Of a stretch of 64,000 nt of DNA, positions 1 through 12,580 are shown piece by piece. The notes under the pieces were generated by a model. The model saw nothing but the letters and a program-made list of their open reading frames with translations. It was not told where the DNA came from and ran no database searches. The DNA comes from Squalus acanthias (Eukaryota), in the NCBI GenBank assembly GCA_030390025.1, contig CM059432.1, forward strand, positions 134,790,001 to 134,854,000, in the 5' to 3' direction. Position 1 is the stretch's first letter. The number at the start of each line of letters is the position of its first letter. Both the position numbers and the translations under genes were made by a program.

Positions 1-139
1 AGGTTAGTATTGTCATTTTTAACGCAATTAATGCTCTAAATTAGTGCAAGGGCTACAATGTAGTAGCTCTACAGACTACAGAGAACACTGTTCGATGACT
101 GCAGGCTTTACAACTTGCAGTAAGCTCATTAATTAGGTG

Positions 140-196
140 CAGGCACAGGCACGATGGGCCAAATGACCTCCTTCTGAGCTGTATCATTCTATGATA
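140..196 (+). mobile_element. CR1 LINE 3' tail fragment
   Basis: ggcacgatgggccaaatgacctccttctgagctgtatcattctatgat, the same tail type as 31915-31965. Confidence 0.6.
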
Positions 197-374
197 AACG
201 AACGGCATCCATACAAATACCTGGACTTAAACTATTCTGATAGTGAGTTATAAGGAAAAGATATGTGTATCAAAATATTTGTTCAGTCATCCATGCACTA
301 ATCTCACTGCTTTATTTTGGTTAAGTTTACTTAATCATCGTCTTACACTTACATGAATGCAAGCCCGGAAGATT

Positions 375-808
375 ACAACAACCACCTGCATTGATATAGT
401 GCCTTTAATGTAGTCAAAACATCCCAAGGCGCTTCACAGGAGCATTATCACAAAATTTGACACCAAGCCTCAAGAGAGATATTAGGATAGGTGACCAAAA
501 GTTTGTTCAAAGAGGTAGGTTTTAAAGAACGGCCTAACGGATGGGGAGAGAGCTGGAGAGGTTTAGGGAGGGAATTCCAGAGCTTAGGGCAGAGGTATCT
601 GAAGGCACGTCACCAATGGTGGAGCGATGGAAATCAAGGATGAGCAAGAGGCCAGAATTGGAGGAGCGCAGAGATCTCGGAGGGTTGTAGGGCTGGAGGA
701 GGTTACAAAGATAGGGAGGGGCGAGGCCACGAGGGATTTGAAGACAAGGAAGAGAATTTTAAAATCGAGGCATTGCCGGACGGGGAGCCAATGTATGTCA
801 GCGAGCAC
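375..808 (-). mobile_element. L2 LINE 3' fragment
   Basis: ORF 584..883 has the L2 ORF2 C-terminal motif LADIHWLPVRQCLDFKILFLVFKSL. The L2 tail is shared with other copies in the window. Confidence 0.85.
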
Positions 809-1794
809 CGTTCCAGAAGAGGAGGAACTAAGAACACAAAGATTTGGGTCAAAAATCATTACCAGCTCCAGAAAATTAGCCAATTTTTTTTTTTTTAAAC
901 TACTAAATTGACATTTTTAGGTCAGTGCAGCACAGCAAGGTGGCTGGAGCATGCAACAGAAACATCGTATACTGCGTGACAAGTTAGAGCGAAGCAGTGT
1001 TGGATGAGATATGAATCAGTGGTCAAACAAAGGGACCAGAGGAAGTTACCATAATCTGGCCCGACTAAGATCAGGTATTCTTTTCCAATTCATTTGGTAA
1101 CACAACTCTTAAAACTGTGGTAAGAACTCAGGTTGGAATTCATCCCATTCAAGATACTGATTCAAAGAATTTATGTTGTCGACAATATTAGTGATCCACT
1201 CGCACGTTTTCTTCTTCATTGAGCATTTTCCATTTATAAAAAAAAGGTATTTTCCCCATTCTGTTACTTCAAGAATCACAGGACAGGTCATAGCTACAGC
1301 CGAAAGAGATGAAGCAGTTGCAACTGATCGTTCATCTATTAAGAGCCAAGCCCAGGCATAGTTTTAGCTCGGGTCACAGTGATAGCAACCCACAACTTAT
1401 TTGTGATCTAATGCACAAAAATGTATTCTAAAATTAATGCAAGTATAACAGAATTTCACTAGGAACGGGAGAGAAGCATTTGCCAAAAGCAGCAGAAAAT
1501 CTCACATTTATTCCAACAGACATTTTAACGACACTTCGGCTTTAGTTATGATCACTCAACACTGTATGCATGATCAAACTCATTAAGTTTGATAATGCAG
1601 TCTCAACGATTTTGGAACACATAGCCCAGAAACCACAATTCATACGGAGTTCCAGTCCTCCGTGGTACTTCCTAACTTTTTCCAGTTAATAAGTTAATGT
1701 ACCACAGTTTGGTCAATTTGGAATATATTATTCACTGATTTAAAGATTATAAGTTAAGGCATCCTGTCAATGAATCTACGGCTAGCTTTTGACC

Positions 1795-2010
1795 TGAATA
1801 CAGATCTTCCAATTAAAATAATCAAATATGTGGTATAGCATATAATATACTAACTAAAAGAATAACGTGTGCATAGTATATAAATATGCCAATTAAAATA
1901 TAACATGTGGTATGCCAATAATACAGCAACTAAAAACTGTGAGATAATATATAAATCTTCAATTCAAATAAGAAACCGTGTGATAGCATATATTATATTA
2001 ACTAATTGCT
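1795..2010. repeat. Degenerate AT-rich tandem repeat (about 3 units of 70-80 nt)
   Basis: Recurring aattaaaata...atgtggtat(a)gca...taactaaaa...tatataaat blocks. Confidence 0.55.
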
Positions 2011-2459
2011 ACTACTGCCTCAGACCAATAGCTAAAGCATTAATGCACCGAAATGGGCCATTTTTAAACTCAATGTTAAAGCAACACTTCTTTTAAATTG
2101 CGCAACCACAGTGAACATCACGACGGTTAAAAAAGATAAAAATCATGAAGAATACAGGTACATTTTTATCACATTCATTTCCAGAAACCATAGGTTACAT
2201 AAATCATAGAAATTACAGCACAGAGGCGGTCATTCTAATCAACACACCTGTACTGGTGAGAGGAAATCATCTGCAATGTCTGGCAGATGTCCAATTCGTT
2301 TTTAAGCCATTCATAGGAATTGTCAAGGCAATGGACAGAGCGTGAATAATAACTTGCCTCAGCTTCCGTATCCCGGGGGAATCAAAATATATTCTTGTAC
2401 AATGTCACAATCCTTAAAGAGGAGCTCTTTAAAAAAAAAATACCCTCAAAAATCAAAGA

Positions 2460-5010
2460 GATATGATAAGCGCCACTCGCAAATTGGCATAGGGACAAAC
2501 AGATTAGAGGTTTAAATGCGTGGCTCAAAGAGTGATGTGTGAGGAAGGGGTTCAGTTCATGGAGCACTGGCACCAGTACTGGGGAAAGAGGGAGCTGTTC
2601 CGTTGGGACGGGCTCCACTTAAACCGGGCTAGGACCAGTGTCCTGGCGAACCGAATAACTAGGGCAGTAGACAGGGCTTTAAACTAATGAAGGGGGAGTG
2701 GGAAGATTCAGGAAAGAGTAAATTTAAAAGCAGCGAGAGAAATGTCGAGGTTCCGGAGCAGAGTAGAGTTTTGGGTAAAAATAAGCAGAGTGGGTCAGAA
2801 AGGGACTTAGAGAGCAACAAAGGTAATCAGGCATCAGTGACTAAGGTGACATCAGGGAAAAATATAAATAAGTCAAAGCTAAAGGCACTATATCTGAATG
2901 CACGAAGCATTAGCAACAAAATAGATGAATTAATAGTGGAGGTAGAAATTAATAGGTTTGATCGAATAGCCATTACGGAATTGTGGTTGCAATGTTGCCA
3001 AGGTTGGGAACTAAATATTCCAGGATACTTAACTTTTAGAAGAGATAGGCAAAATGGAAAAGGAGGAGGGGTAGCCCTGATAATAAAGGATGAGATAAAG
3101 ACAATAGAGAGAAAAGATCTTGGCTCCGAAAATCAAGAAGTAGAATCAGTTTGGGTAGAGCAAAGAAACAGCAAGTGCAGTAAACATTGGTGGGAGTTGT
3201 TTATCAGCCCCCAAACAGTAGTTGTAATGTAGGGCAGAGTATAAATCAGGAAATTAGACGCGCATGTAACAATGGTAATACAGTAATCATGGGGGACTTT
3301 AATCTACATATAGACTGGCAAACCAAATTTGCAGTAATAGTGTGGAGGACGAATTCATGCAAGATAGTTTTCTGGATCAGTATGTTGAGGAACCAACTAG
3401 GGAACAGGCTATTTTAGATCTAGTATTGTGCAACAAGAAAGGGTTAATTAATAACCTTGTAGTAAAGGGGCCTTTAGGGAAGAGTGACCATAATATGATA
3501 GAATTTTATATTCAGTTTGAAAGTGATTTAGTTAAATCTGAAACTAGGGTCTTAAATCTAAACAAAGCAAACTACGTAGGTATGAGGGGCGAGTTGGCCA
3601 AGATAGATTGGGAAACTACATTAGAAGATATGATGGTAGACAAGCAATGGCTAGCATTTAAAGAATTAATACATAATTTACAACAAATATACATTCCTTT
3701 AAGGCACAAAAACCCTAGAGGAAAAGTGGTCCAACCACAGCTAACAAGAGAAGTTAAAAAATTAGATCAAAGGAAGCAAATCTGTAGAGTTTTTTGAGGT
3801 TGTAACGAGCAGAATAGATAAGAGGGAACCAGTGGATGTGGTGTATTTGGATTTTCAGAAGGCATTCGGTAAGGTGCCACACAAGAGGTTATTAAATAAA
3901 ATTAGGGCTCATGGGATTGGGGGCAATATACTATAGCATGGACTGAGGATTGGTTAATGGACAGAAAACAGAGAGCAGGAATAAACAGGTCATTTTCGGG
4001 TTGGCAGGCTGCAACTAGTGGGGTACCGCAATCAGCTATTCACAATCTAGATCAATGATTTGGATGAGGGGACCAAATGTAATATATCCAAGTTTGCTGA
4101 TGATACAAAGCTGGGTGGGAATGTAAGTTGTGAGGAGGATGTAAAGAGGCTTCAAGGGGATATAGGCAAGCTAAGTGAGTGGGCAACAACGTGGCAAATG
4201 GAATATAATGTAGAGAAATGTGAAGTTATCCACTTTGGTAGGAAAAATAGAAAAGCAGAGTATTTTTTAAATGGTGAGAGATTGGGAAATGTTGGTGTTC
4301 AGAGGAACCTGGGTGCCCTTGTACACGAATCACTGAAAGTTAACATGCAAGTACAGCAAGCAATTAGGAAAGCAAATGGTATGTTGGCCTTTATTACAAG
4401 AGGATTTTAGTACAGGAGTAAAGACGTCTTACTGCAATTATATAGGGCCCTGGTGAGATCACACCTGGAGTATTGTGTACTGTTCTGGTCTCCTTACCTA
4501 AGGAAGGATATACTTGCCATAGAGGGAGTGCAACAAAGGTTCACCAGACTGATTCCCGGGATTGTCCTCGGAGGAGAGATTGAGTAGACTAGGCCTATAT
4601 TCGAGAGTTTAGAACAATGAGAGTTGATCTCATTCAAGCATACAAAATTCTTACAGGGCTTGACAGGGTAGATGCAGGGAGGATGTTTCCCCTGGCTGGG
4701 GAGTCTAGAACCAGGGGTCACAGTCTCAGAATAAGGAGTAAGCCATTTAAGACTGAGATGAGAAATTTCTTCACTCAGAGGGTGGTGAATCTTTGGAATT
4801 CTCTACCCCAGAGGGCTGTGGAGGTTCAGTCGTTGGGTATATTCAAGACAGAGATCGATAGATTTCTGGATACTAAGGGAATCAAGGGATATGGGGATAG
4901 TGCAGGAAAGTGGAGTTGAAGATGATCATCAGCCATGCTCTTATTGAATGGCGGAATAGGCTCGAGGGACCAAATGGCCTACTCCTGCTCCTATTTCTTC
5001 TGTTCTTATA
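2460..5010 (+). mobile_element. CR1 LINE, internally deleted (ORF1 end, APE endonuclease, partial RT, 3' tail)
   Basis: ORFs carry YLNARSI, IAITE, MGDFN, SDHN (APE) and ISKFADDTKL (RT). Tail ends cctactcctgctcctatttcttctgttcttat. Frameshifts and a large deletion near 3775. Confidence 0.92.
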
Positions 5011-5481
5011 AGGTTGGGAAAGGAAAGAAAAAAGAGGAAATAAGGGTTTATATGGAGTAGCAGAAGAGATGACTCGGGTAGTAACTTGACAGAAGAGGCC
5101 ATAAAGTCACACAAGGAATGTGGCTCTAGATTTATACAACAACTTTATTGGTGCACGAAGAAAAAACGCTTCATACCAACACTGTGTTCCATTAACAAAA
5201 AACAAGTCGAGCGCAAAAATATGTCATGTGGTTTAAACAAGAAAGGAGTCAATGATCAAGGTACTTCAAAAGGGCACAATAAATCTTCAACAGGAAATGT
5301 GATAACGAAAGCATAATTTATTGCTGTGTAGTGATAAATGCTGGATTTCTTGCATCCAACAAAGGTCATCATTCTCTGAATGTAATCACAATAGTCACTG
5401 TTTATTCAAGTCTTTCCTTCATTCCTTTTTTCATCTTTCAAAGCTCAACTTATTCCAGACTCCTGTTCTTTGAATAGTGCT

Positions 5482-5640
5482 ATGGGAACAGGCAGATGAG
5501 GCCTTGGTTTAACATTTCCTCCAATAATACCGTACTCTCTAAACTGAAATGCCAGCTTAGGTTATATTCTTGGTGTGGTCTTGAACGTACAATTTCCTGA
5601 CTGTGGGGTGAGAGTGCGACCAACTGAGCCAAGCTGGCAT
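5482..5640 (-). mobile_element. tRNA-derived SINE head (Deu/SacSINE1-like), degenerate
   Basis: Reverse complement shows A box TGGCTCAGTTGG and B box GTTCAAGACC, followed by Deu-domain-like sequence. Confidence 0.65.
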
Positions 5641-7069
5641 TTGAAGCGCAGCGTAGGATGTAATGCAGCTTAGACAAACTTCAATCATGGTCAGTCCCGG
5701 GGGTGGTCTGACGGACGAACATGCAACGCTCAATTCCCTCCCCACTGAGAAAGCCAATGTCGAACTAACTGCTGGAGGGGCCTCCATCAAAGCAATGCGT
5801 ATTGATTAGCGCTATAAAGATACTTGTAACAGCTAATGAAGCTCGCAGTTAATCTGTTTTAAGTGATTAAACCATAAGAAATGATCAACCTCTTTCCTGC
5901 ATCGATCAACTATATAACTGCAGCCAACAATGAGATTCAAAGAACTGAGATACAAATTTGTAATGAGGTCTTATGGACCAGGGGAGAGCAGGTGATTCTC
6001 AGGTGGTCAGGGACAGCATTCCATGATTAATTCTCTCCTTACTTTCTCTTCTCCCCAAGTCAAAATGACAGGCTATTCACCACGATATGGAAGGTGGATG
6101 AATGAGGAGAAATGCTGAAATCTCTGCCACATTTGTTATTCAGATCTGTGTTTATTCGTAGTTTGACTCGACAAAGATTGCATGTACATTTGAGAGATAA
6201 GAACACTCAATACAGCTTGCACGAATAGTATTATGATTCCGTTTCCATTAATTTCTGCTCTTTGAGCTTGGCAATTGGACAAAAAAAGATTTGAATACGA
6301 GACTAAATGTAATGATGAAGTAAACTGGAGTTGTATTTTATGTTAAACTAATGTAAAGCTTATGTGTAAACTTCCTTCACAAGTCTAAATGTTGGGACAA
6401 TAAGAGTCATTATTTCAGACTTTTTTTTGTATAATTCAAAATAACCAGCAGCTTTTAACAAAATAACAAGCAGGTATGAACCAATCGACATGCACCAGCC
6501 TAAGGAACTGATGCACATCAGCACTAGCATTAATCTGATTAAATACGGAAAGTAAAACAAGGGAAAGAAATAATATTCAGAAATGAGGCGAGTTGTGGCA
6601 GGGCAAGGGAAAGGTAAGAGAGAAAATTAGAAGAGAGAGAAATACACATTTATAAGACAGGAGCCTTAACTGTAAAATTTGCTTTTTTTTTCTTCTTACA
6701 GAAATAACCCAGCTTCCCTTCATTTCAGTGCTGTCTGATCCACTTCTGTTAACTTTTGTATGTCGAGTGATGTGCGTTTAAGTGAAAAGCTTAAAATGAA
6801 CCATTAAACCCAATTGAGATGGGCTTAAATGCTTACGCAAGCACTTGTTCTTAACTATCATTGCACCAGCACGATAACGGCCCACATTTAGTACAAGACT
6901 GGAACTTGCTTCTTTTGCTTAACTGATGGGAGCGTAGATTTAAATACCTAACTTGGGTGATCACTAGGCATATTCTAATGGTTTTTCCAACTGTTTAGAC
7001 CCAATAGATTTAATAAGAGGTGTAAAGCCTAGTTAACAGGTGCTGCATTTAGAAAATAAGCAGTTTCAT

Positions 7070-7830
7070 AGGCCATGATTTTCCCTACCTCGGCGGGTCC
7101 GTGGCGGGTGACGTCAGTGGCGGGTCCCGACCCCGCTGCTGGCTCCAGCCCGCTCTGTAGAATGATTTTACATTGATTGGGCTCGTTAAGCCCGCCCAGC
7201 GCTTTTGTCGGCCAATTGAAGGAAGTGGGTCTGGTGACGTCATTTGATGACGCATCATCAGCCGGTTTCCTTAAATGGACCATGCGCAAATTTATTTTGA
7301 CAGTTGTGCTGTCAGTGTTCTACAGCATTGAGGTGCTGCAAACACTGACAGCACTGCACAGAGGTACAGGGCTGCACCCAGGCTCTCCCATGATTCCCTC
7401 CATATGCTTATGGAGGGAGTCACAACACGCAGGGAGGTAGTCTTCCCTTCCAATGGGCGGAAGAGACCTCCCCAGGAGACCAACACAGCCTGGTTGCACA
7501 TTGCACAGGAGGGCACAAGCAGGGATGTCGTCAGGAGGACCAGGCTGCAGTGGCGCAAACCTTTCATTGATCTCAGTAGATCACGAAACGTTACTGCAAA
7601 GCCACACTCAACCTCATCCTGCTGTGCCACTCATCACACCCACATCACTCTGACTTCCCTACCCTACTCCTGCACATCCTTACTCACAGCAACTTACCTT
7701 GCACCTCCACCCATCCCTCTATCTACATCATCACTTCCCCATCTCACTAGCCACCCCTCACACTCACCTCATCCTGGTCCAATCATACCAACTAACAACA
7801 CACAAGGGTAGGCACTTGGGTGTTTTAGCC
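7070..7830 (+). mobile_element. PIF/Harbinger-type DNA transposon, left part, with Myb/SANT-like ORF remnant
   Basis: CpG-rich terminus ggccatgattttccc. Peptide APRLSHDSLHMLMEGVTTRREVVFPSNGRKRPPQETNTAWLHIAQE...RRTRLQWRKPFIDL resembles Harbinger Myb/SANT proteins. Homologous to 19062-19902 in inverted orientation. Confidence 0.75.
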
Positions 7831-7834
7831 AATA

Positions 7835-8328
7835 ATCAGCACCTGTGAAGAGATGCTCGGTCACTCGACCAGGAAACACCAAGACTGGTTTGACGAGAAC
7901 GACCACAAGATCCAGGAGCTAATAAGCCGTAAGCACAAGGCATTCCTGATCTGGAAACAGCAACACAACTCGAGAGCAAGAAAGCAGCTCTACAGACGCC
8001 TGAAGGCCGAGGTCCAACAAAAAAATTCGCGACCTAAAGAACAGATGGTGGGTGGAGAAAGCGCAGGAGATCCAGCAGCTAGCTGACAACCACGACATGC
8101 GTGGATTCTTTAGCGCAGTCAAGACCACCTATGGCCCAAGCACCCAAGGACGGAGAGGTACTCATCAAGGATAGAGAGGCAGTCAGTGCCCGCTGGAAGG
8201 AGCACTTCGAAGATCTCCTTAACCGAGACTCTGTCTTCGACGTGAGTGTCCTCAGCTCCATCCCGCAGCATGCTACCGCCCATCTCAGCACGCTACCCAC
8301 CTCAGCACAACCCCAGCCCGGCATGAGG
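7835..8328 (+). mobile_element. RTE-clade LINE internal fragment
   Basis: RKHQDWFDEND..., WWVEKAQEIQQLAD and ARWKEHFEDLLNR are typical of the RTE EN-RT linker. Confidence 0.8.
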
Positions 8329-8329
8329 T

Positions 8330-8495
8330 TCTAGGACAGGTGACCAAAGCCTTGGTCAAAGAGGTTGGTTTTAAGGAGCGTCTTAAAAGGAGAGGTGACG
8401 AGGTTTAGGGAGGGAATTCCAGAGCTTAGGACCTAGGCAGATGAAGGCACGGCCGCCAATGGTACCGCCAATGCTGCAGCGATGAAAATCGGGAC
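8330..8495 (-). mobile_element. L2 3' UTR fragment
   Basis: taggacaggtgaccaaagccttggtcaaagagg...gggagggaattccagagcttagg, shared with 375-808. Confidence 0.8.
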
Positions 8496-8676
8496 CCATA
8501 AATACACCCATAATTATAAGAAACAAACTCACTCCCTCATTTAATTTTTCCCTATTTTCGCCACTTTATTTAAACCTTCCTCTGCCACTCACCATTTTCT
8601 GGACAAGAGTTTGGGTAAACCTGCAATGAGTCACCACCCCACTCCACCCCAGTCTGGTATCTGCAACTTACAAATG

Positions 8677-9090
8677 TCAGTTTGCTCAGGTGATGACACC
8701 CTCACCTCTCCATCAAGACCTTGTGGATTCAAAATTCACTCCTGGGGCCTGAGAATATAGTCCCAGCCAACACAAAGTACTGAGCAAGCGCGGCATTGTC
8801 TTTTAGATGAGACATTAAACGGTGGCCCCGTCCGCCTGTTTAGGTAGACACAAGAGATCCCATAGCACTATTCAAAGAAGGACAGGGAGTTCTCCCAGAG
8901 TCCCTCACCCAACACCACCATTTCCTCTCATTTGCAGTTGGTGGGATCTGGTGTACTAATTGACTGCCAATTTTGCCTAGGTAACAACTGGCCTTCAATA
9001 AATAATTAATTAATAAATAATTAATTGGCTGTGAAACACTTTGAGATGTCCTGAGGATGCGATAAGGTGGAAGGGCAAGTTCCTTCTTTC
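8677..9090 (+). mobile_element. Deu-domain tRNA SINE (SacSINE1-like), diverged
   Basis: Deu core gatgagacattaaacggtggccccgtc...gatcccatagcactattcaaagaag and L2-like tail ggctgtgaaacactttgagatgtcctgagg. Confidence 0.75.
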
Positions 9091-9285
9091 TAACAGCTGT
9101 CAAGTTACGAGCACAGCCCATGGCAAACTCTCTTCAATTCCACAATCTACATGTCAGTGGCACAGCCTGAACTGGACACTTGAGTACAGGGAGGTGCTGA
9201 CCCGAAACCACATGCCATCATGCTCTGACTCGTACACAGACTAGCAACGTGTTAAGCCAAAAGAAATTATGCCAGACGCGAATCT

Positions 9286-9995
9286 GTAGTAATGGTTTTA
9301 CTATTAAACGGCTGATAGTTTAGCATTTTGTTACCAAAGAAATTACTTCATTACTAAAGAATGCCTTTCTAATATTTCATACAAACGATGCATTTTACAA
9401 ATGACACAGGGATATATTCATCATCCAGACAATTAAATTGTATTCACAGATAAGGATTCCTAAGAATACATCATTCATCCCTTAGCGTCCTGTAGCCAGC
9501 CATCTGTTGAGTACATTTTGCAATGAAGCTGGATTTGTACTCTTTACATTGCTATGAATATACAATCACCAGTGAAGTTTAGATTTATCTATGTGCTGAG
9601 AAGCAGGATGTATAAATTCTGCACCTGGACAGCTATGCTGTCGGAGCAGAATTCCACAATGCCATCAACCGGAATAGATGTACAACACAAACTAAATTGT
9701 GACCAGGCAAATGATTATTATAAACCAATAACACAAGATTGGCTATTCAGGAATCATCATAAATTCTGGTGCACTGTCACAAGTGGCACTTGTATACCAG
9801 TAAATATATGGACTTGCGCCACTGCGCATGTGCAAAGTTGTAGCAATGGTTTCACAATTAAAATCGGACAGCAGCACAGCATTTTATTACCAAGAAATAC
9901 ATTTCTCATATTGCATACAAAGCTACATTTTACAAATGTTAAAGGGACATATTCATCATCCAGACAATTAAAGTGTATTTTCAGACCATGATTCA
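9286..9995. repeat. Local direct duplication (9286-9459 and 9840-9995)
   Basis: Both copies read gtag(t/c)aatggttt...agcatttt(g/a)ttacc...cattttacaaatg...ggga(t/c)atattcatcatccagacaattaaa. Confidence 0.8.
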
Positions 9996-10764
9996 TTTCT
10001 GCCTTCCCTTCCAAATGATGACTTATGCCACGGTTCACGATCATTTTTGCATTTATCTGACGCTGCTAATTATAACCATTAACGTGTTTTTTTAAAAATC
10101 ACGCACTAATACTATTCCATAAGAATATTTAATGAATCTGATGACTTAACATAAAACACGAGACACCTGAAATATTTTTGCACATCTTAGCCGTACTTCA
10201 GTCAGATCGCTGTCGATTGCCATTCATCTGAAGTCATGGACATACAATCCAAGACAAGATAGGAGGTGCCAGTAACCAGGACAGGACAGCAGCGACAAGG
10301 CAACAGGAAGTGTAAGGGCCAGGAGAGATTCGAAAACTTGTTTCAACTAAAATTACCTGGTCTTTTCTAATTATCAGCAGTTGAAGTTGCTACAGAGTCT
10401 ACAAATCTGCTGCACTGACAACACCATAGCAAAGTAAAGTTCAATGTGATTGTGAAGTTTTTTTTGAACCATTTATTTAAGTAGTGTGTGCATATCTGTC
10501 AACAGTGGAAATACAATGCTGTACTGCTTTCAAGTAGCCTATCTCCTGCAAGGAGGAGTACACAAGCAAAGTATGAGCTATGATAAAGAGTAACAGACAA
10601 TCAAAGGGAACAAACAGACCATTTATAATGTCTCTCAACTTTGCAAGAAATTCCAGAAAAAAGATCCAACCTTATAAATAAGGGAAACTAAAGTCAATGC
10701 TTGCAATACTAAATTCCGATCAGTTCGCTTCTCTGATCAGCTGCAAGGCATCAATAAGCTTGCA

Positions 10765-12580
10765 GGGAACATAAAAACTGACAGTAAAAGCTTCTATCGA
10801 TATGTAAAGAGAAAAAGATTGGTGAAGTCAAGCGTAGGTCCCTTGCAGTCAGAATCAGGGGAATTTATCATGGGGAACGAAGAAATGGTTGACGAATTAA
10901 ATACATACTTTGGTTCTGTCTTCACAAAGGAGGACACAAATAACCTCCCAGAGATGTCGGGGAACATAGGGTCTAATGAGAGGGAGGAATTGAATGAAAT
11001 CAGTATTTGTAGGGAAATGGTGTTGGGGAAATTGACGGGATTGAAGGCAGATAAATCCCCAGGACCTGATAATCTACATCCTAGGGTACTTAAGGAAGTG
11101 GCCCTAGAAATAGTAGATGCATTGCTGGTCATCTTCCAAAAATTCTATAGACTCTGGAACAGTTCCCATGGATTGGAGGGTAGCTAATGTAACCCCACTA
11201 TTTAAAAAAGGTGGTAGAGAAAAAACGGGGAATTATAGACCTGACATCGGTAGTGGGCAAAATGCTAGAGTCCATTATAAAAGATGTAATAGCAGAGCAC
11301 TTGGAAAACAGTGACAGGATCGGACAAAGTCAACATGGATTTACAAAAGGGAAATCATGCCTGACTAATCTACTGGAATTTTGAGGATGTAACTGGTAGA
11401 ATAGATAAGGGAGAAACAGTGGATGTGGTGTATTTGGACTTTCAGAAGGCTTTTGATAAGGTCCCGCATAAGAGATTAGCGTGCAAAGTTAAAGCACATG
11501 GGATTGGGGGTAAGGTACTGATTTGGATAGAGAACTGGTTGGCAGACAGGAAGCAAAGAGTTGGAATAAACGGGTCTTTTTCCGAGTGGCAGGCAGTGAC
11601 TAGTGGGGTAACGCAGGGATCTAGATGAGGGAACTAGATGTAATATCTCCAAGTTTGCAGACGACACAAAGCTGGGTGGGCGTGTGTGCTGTGAGGAGGA
11701 TGCAGAGAAACTCCAGTATGATTTGGACAGGTTGGGTGATTGGGCAGATGCATGGCAGATGCAGTATAATGTGGATAAATGCGAGGTTATCTACTTTGGT
11801 GGCAAAAACAGGAAGACAGATTATTATCTGAACGGCAATAGATTGGGAAAAGGGGAAGTGCAACGAGATCTGGGAGTCCTTGTGCACCAGTCGCTGAAGG
11901 TAAGCATGCAGGTGCAGCAGGCGGTTAAGAAGGCAAATGGTATGTTGGCCTTCATAGCGAGAGGATTCGAGTACAGGAGCAAGGATGTCTTACTGCAGTT
12001 GTACAGGGCCTTGGTGAGACCACACCTTGAGTATTGTGTGCAGTTTTGGTCGCCTTATCTGAGGAAGGATGTTCTTGCCATGGAGGGAGTGCAGCGAAGA
12101 TTCACCAGACTGATACCTGGGATGGCAGGAATGACGTATGAAGAGAGATTGGGTCGATTAGGCTTGTATTCACTAGAGTTTAGAAGAATGAGAGGGGATC
12201 TCATTGAAACTTATAAAATTCTAACAGGACTACACAGACTAGATGCAGGAAGGATGTTCCCGATGGCGGGGGAGTCCAGAACCAGAGGTCACAGTCTAAG
12301 GATAAGGGGTAAGCCATTTAGGACTGAGATGAGGAGGAATTTCTTCACCCAGAGAGTGGTGAACCTGTGGAATTCTCTACCACAGAAGGCAGTTGAGGCC
12401 AATTCATTAAATATATTCAAGAAGGAGATAGATATATTTCTTAAAGCTAAAGGGATCAAGGGATATGGGGAGAAAGCAGGGACAGGGTACTGAATTTGGA
12501 TGATCAGCCATGATCTCATTAAATGGCGGAGCAGGCTCGAGGGGCCGAATGGCCTACTCCTGCTCCTATCTTCTATGCTT
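10765..12580 (+). mobile_element. CR1 LINE, 5'-truncated, RT region and 3' tail
   Basis: ORFs 10819, 11419 and 11684 (KSPGPD, YLDFQKAFDKVPH, RPHLEYCVQFWSP). Tail ends tgctcctatcttctatgct. Confidence 0.93.

Noticed and set aside
1109..1291. 60-aa minus-strand ORF as the next CTDP1 exon
   Set aside because: No match to the expected RRKRQPSMSETMPLYTLCKEDL segment.
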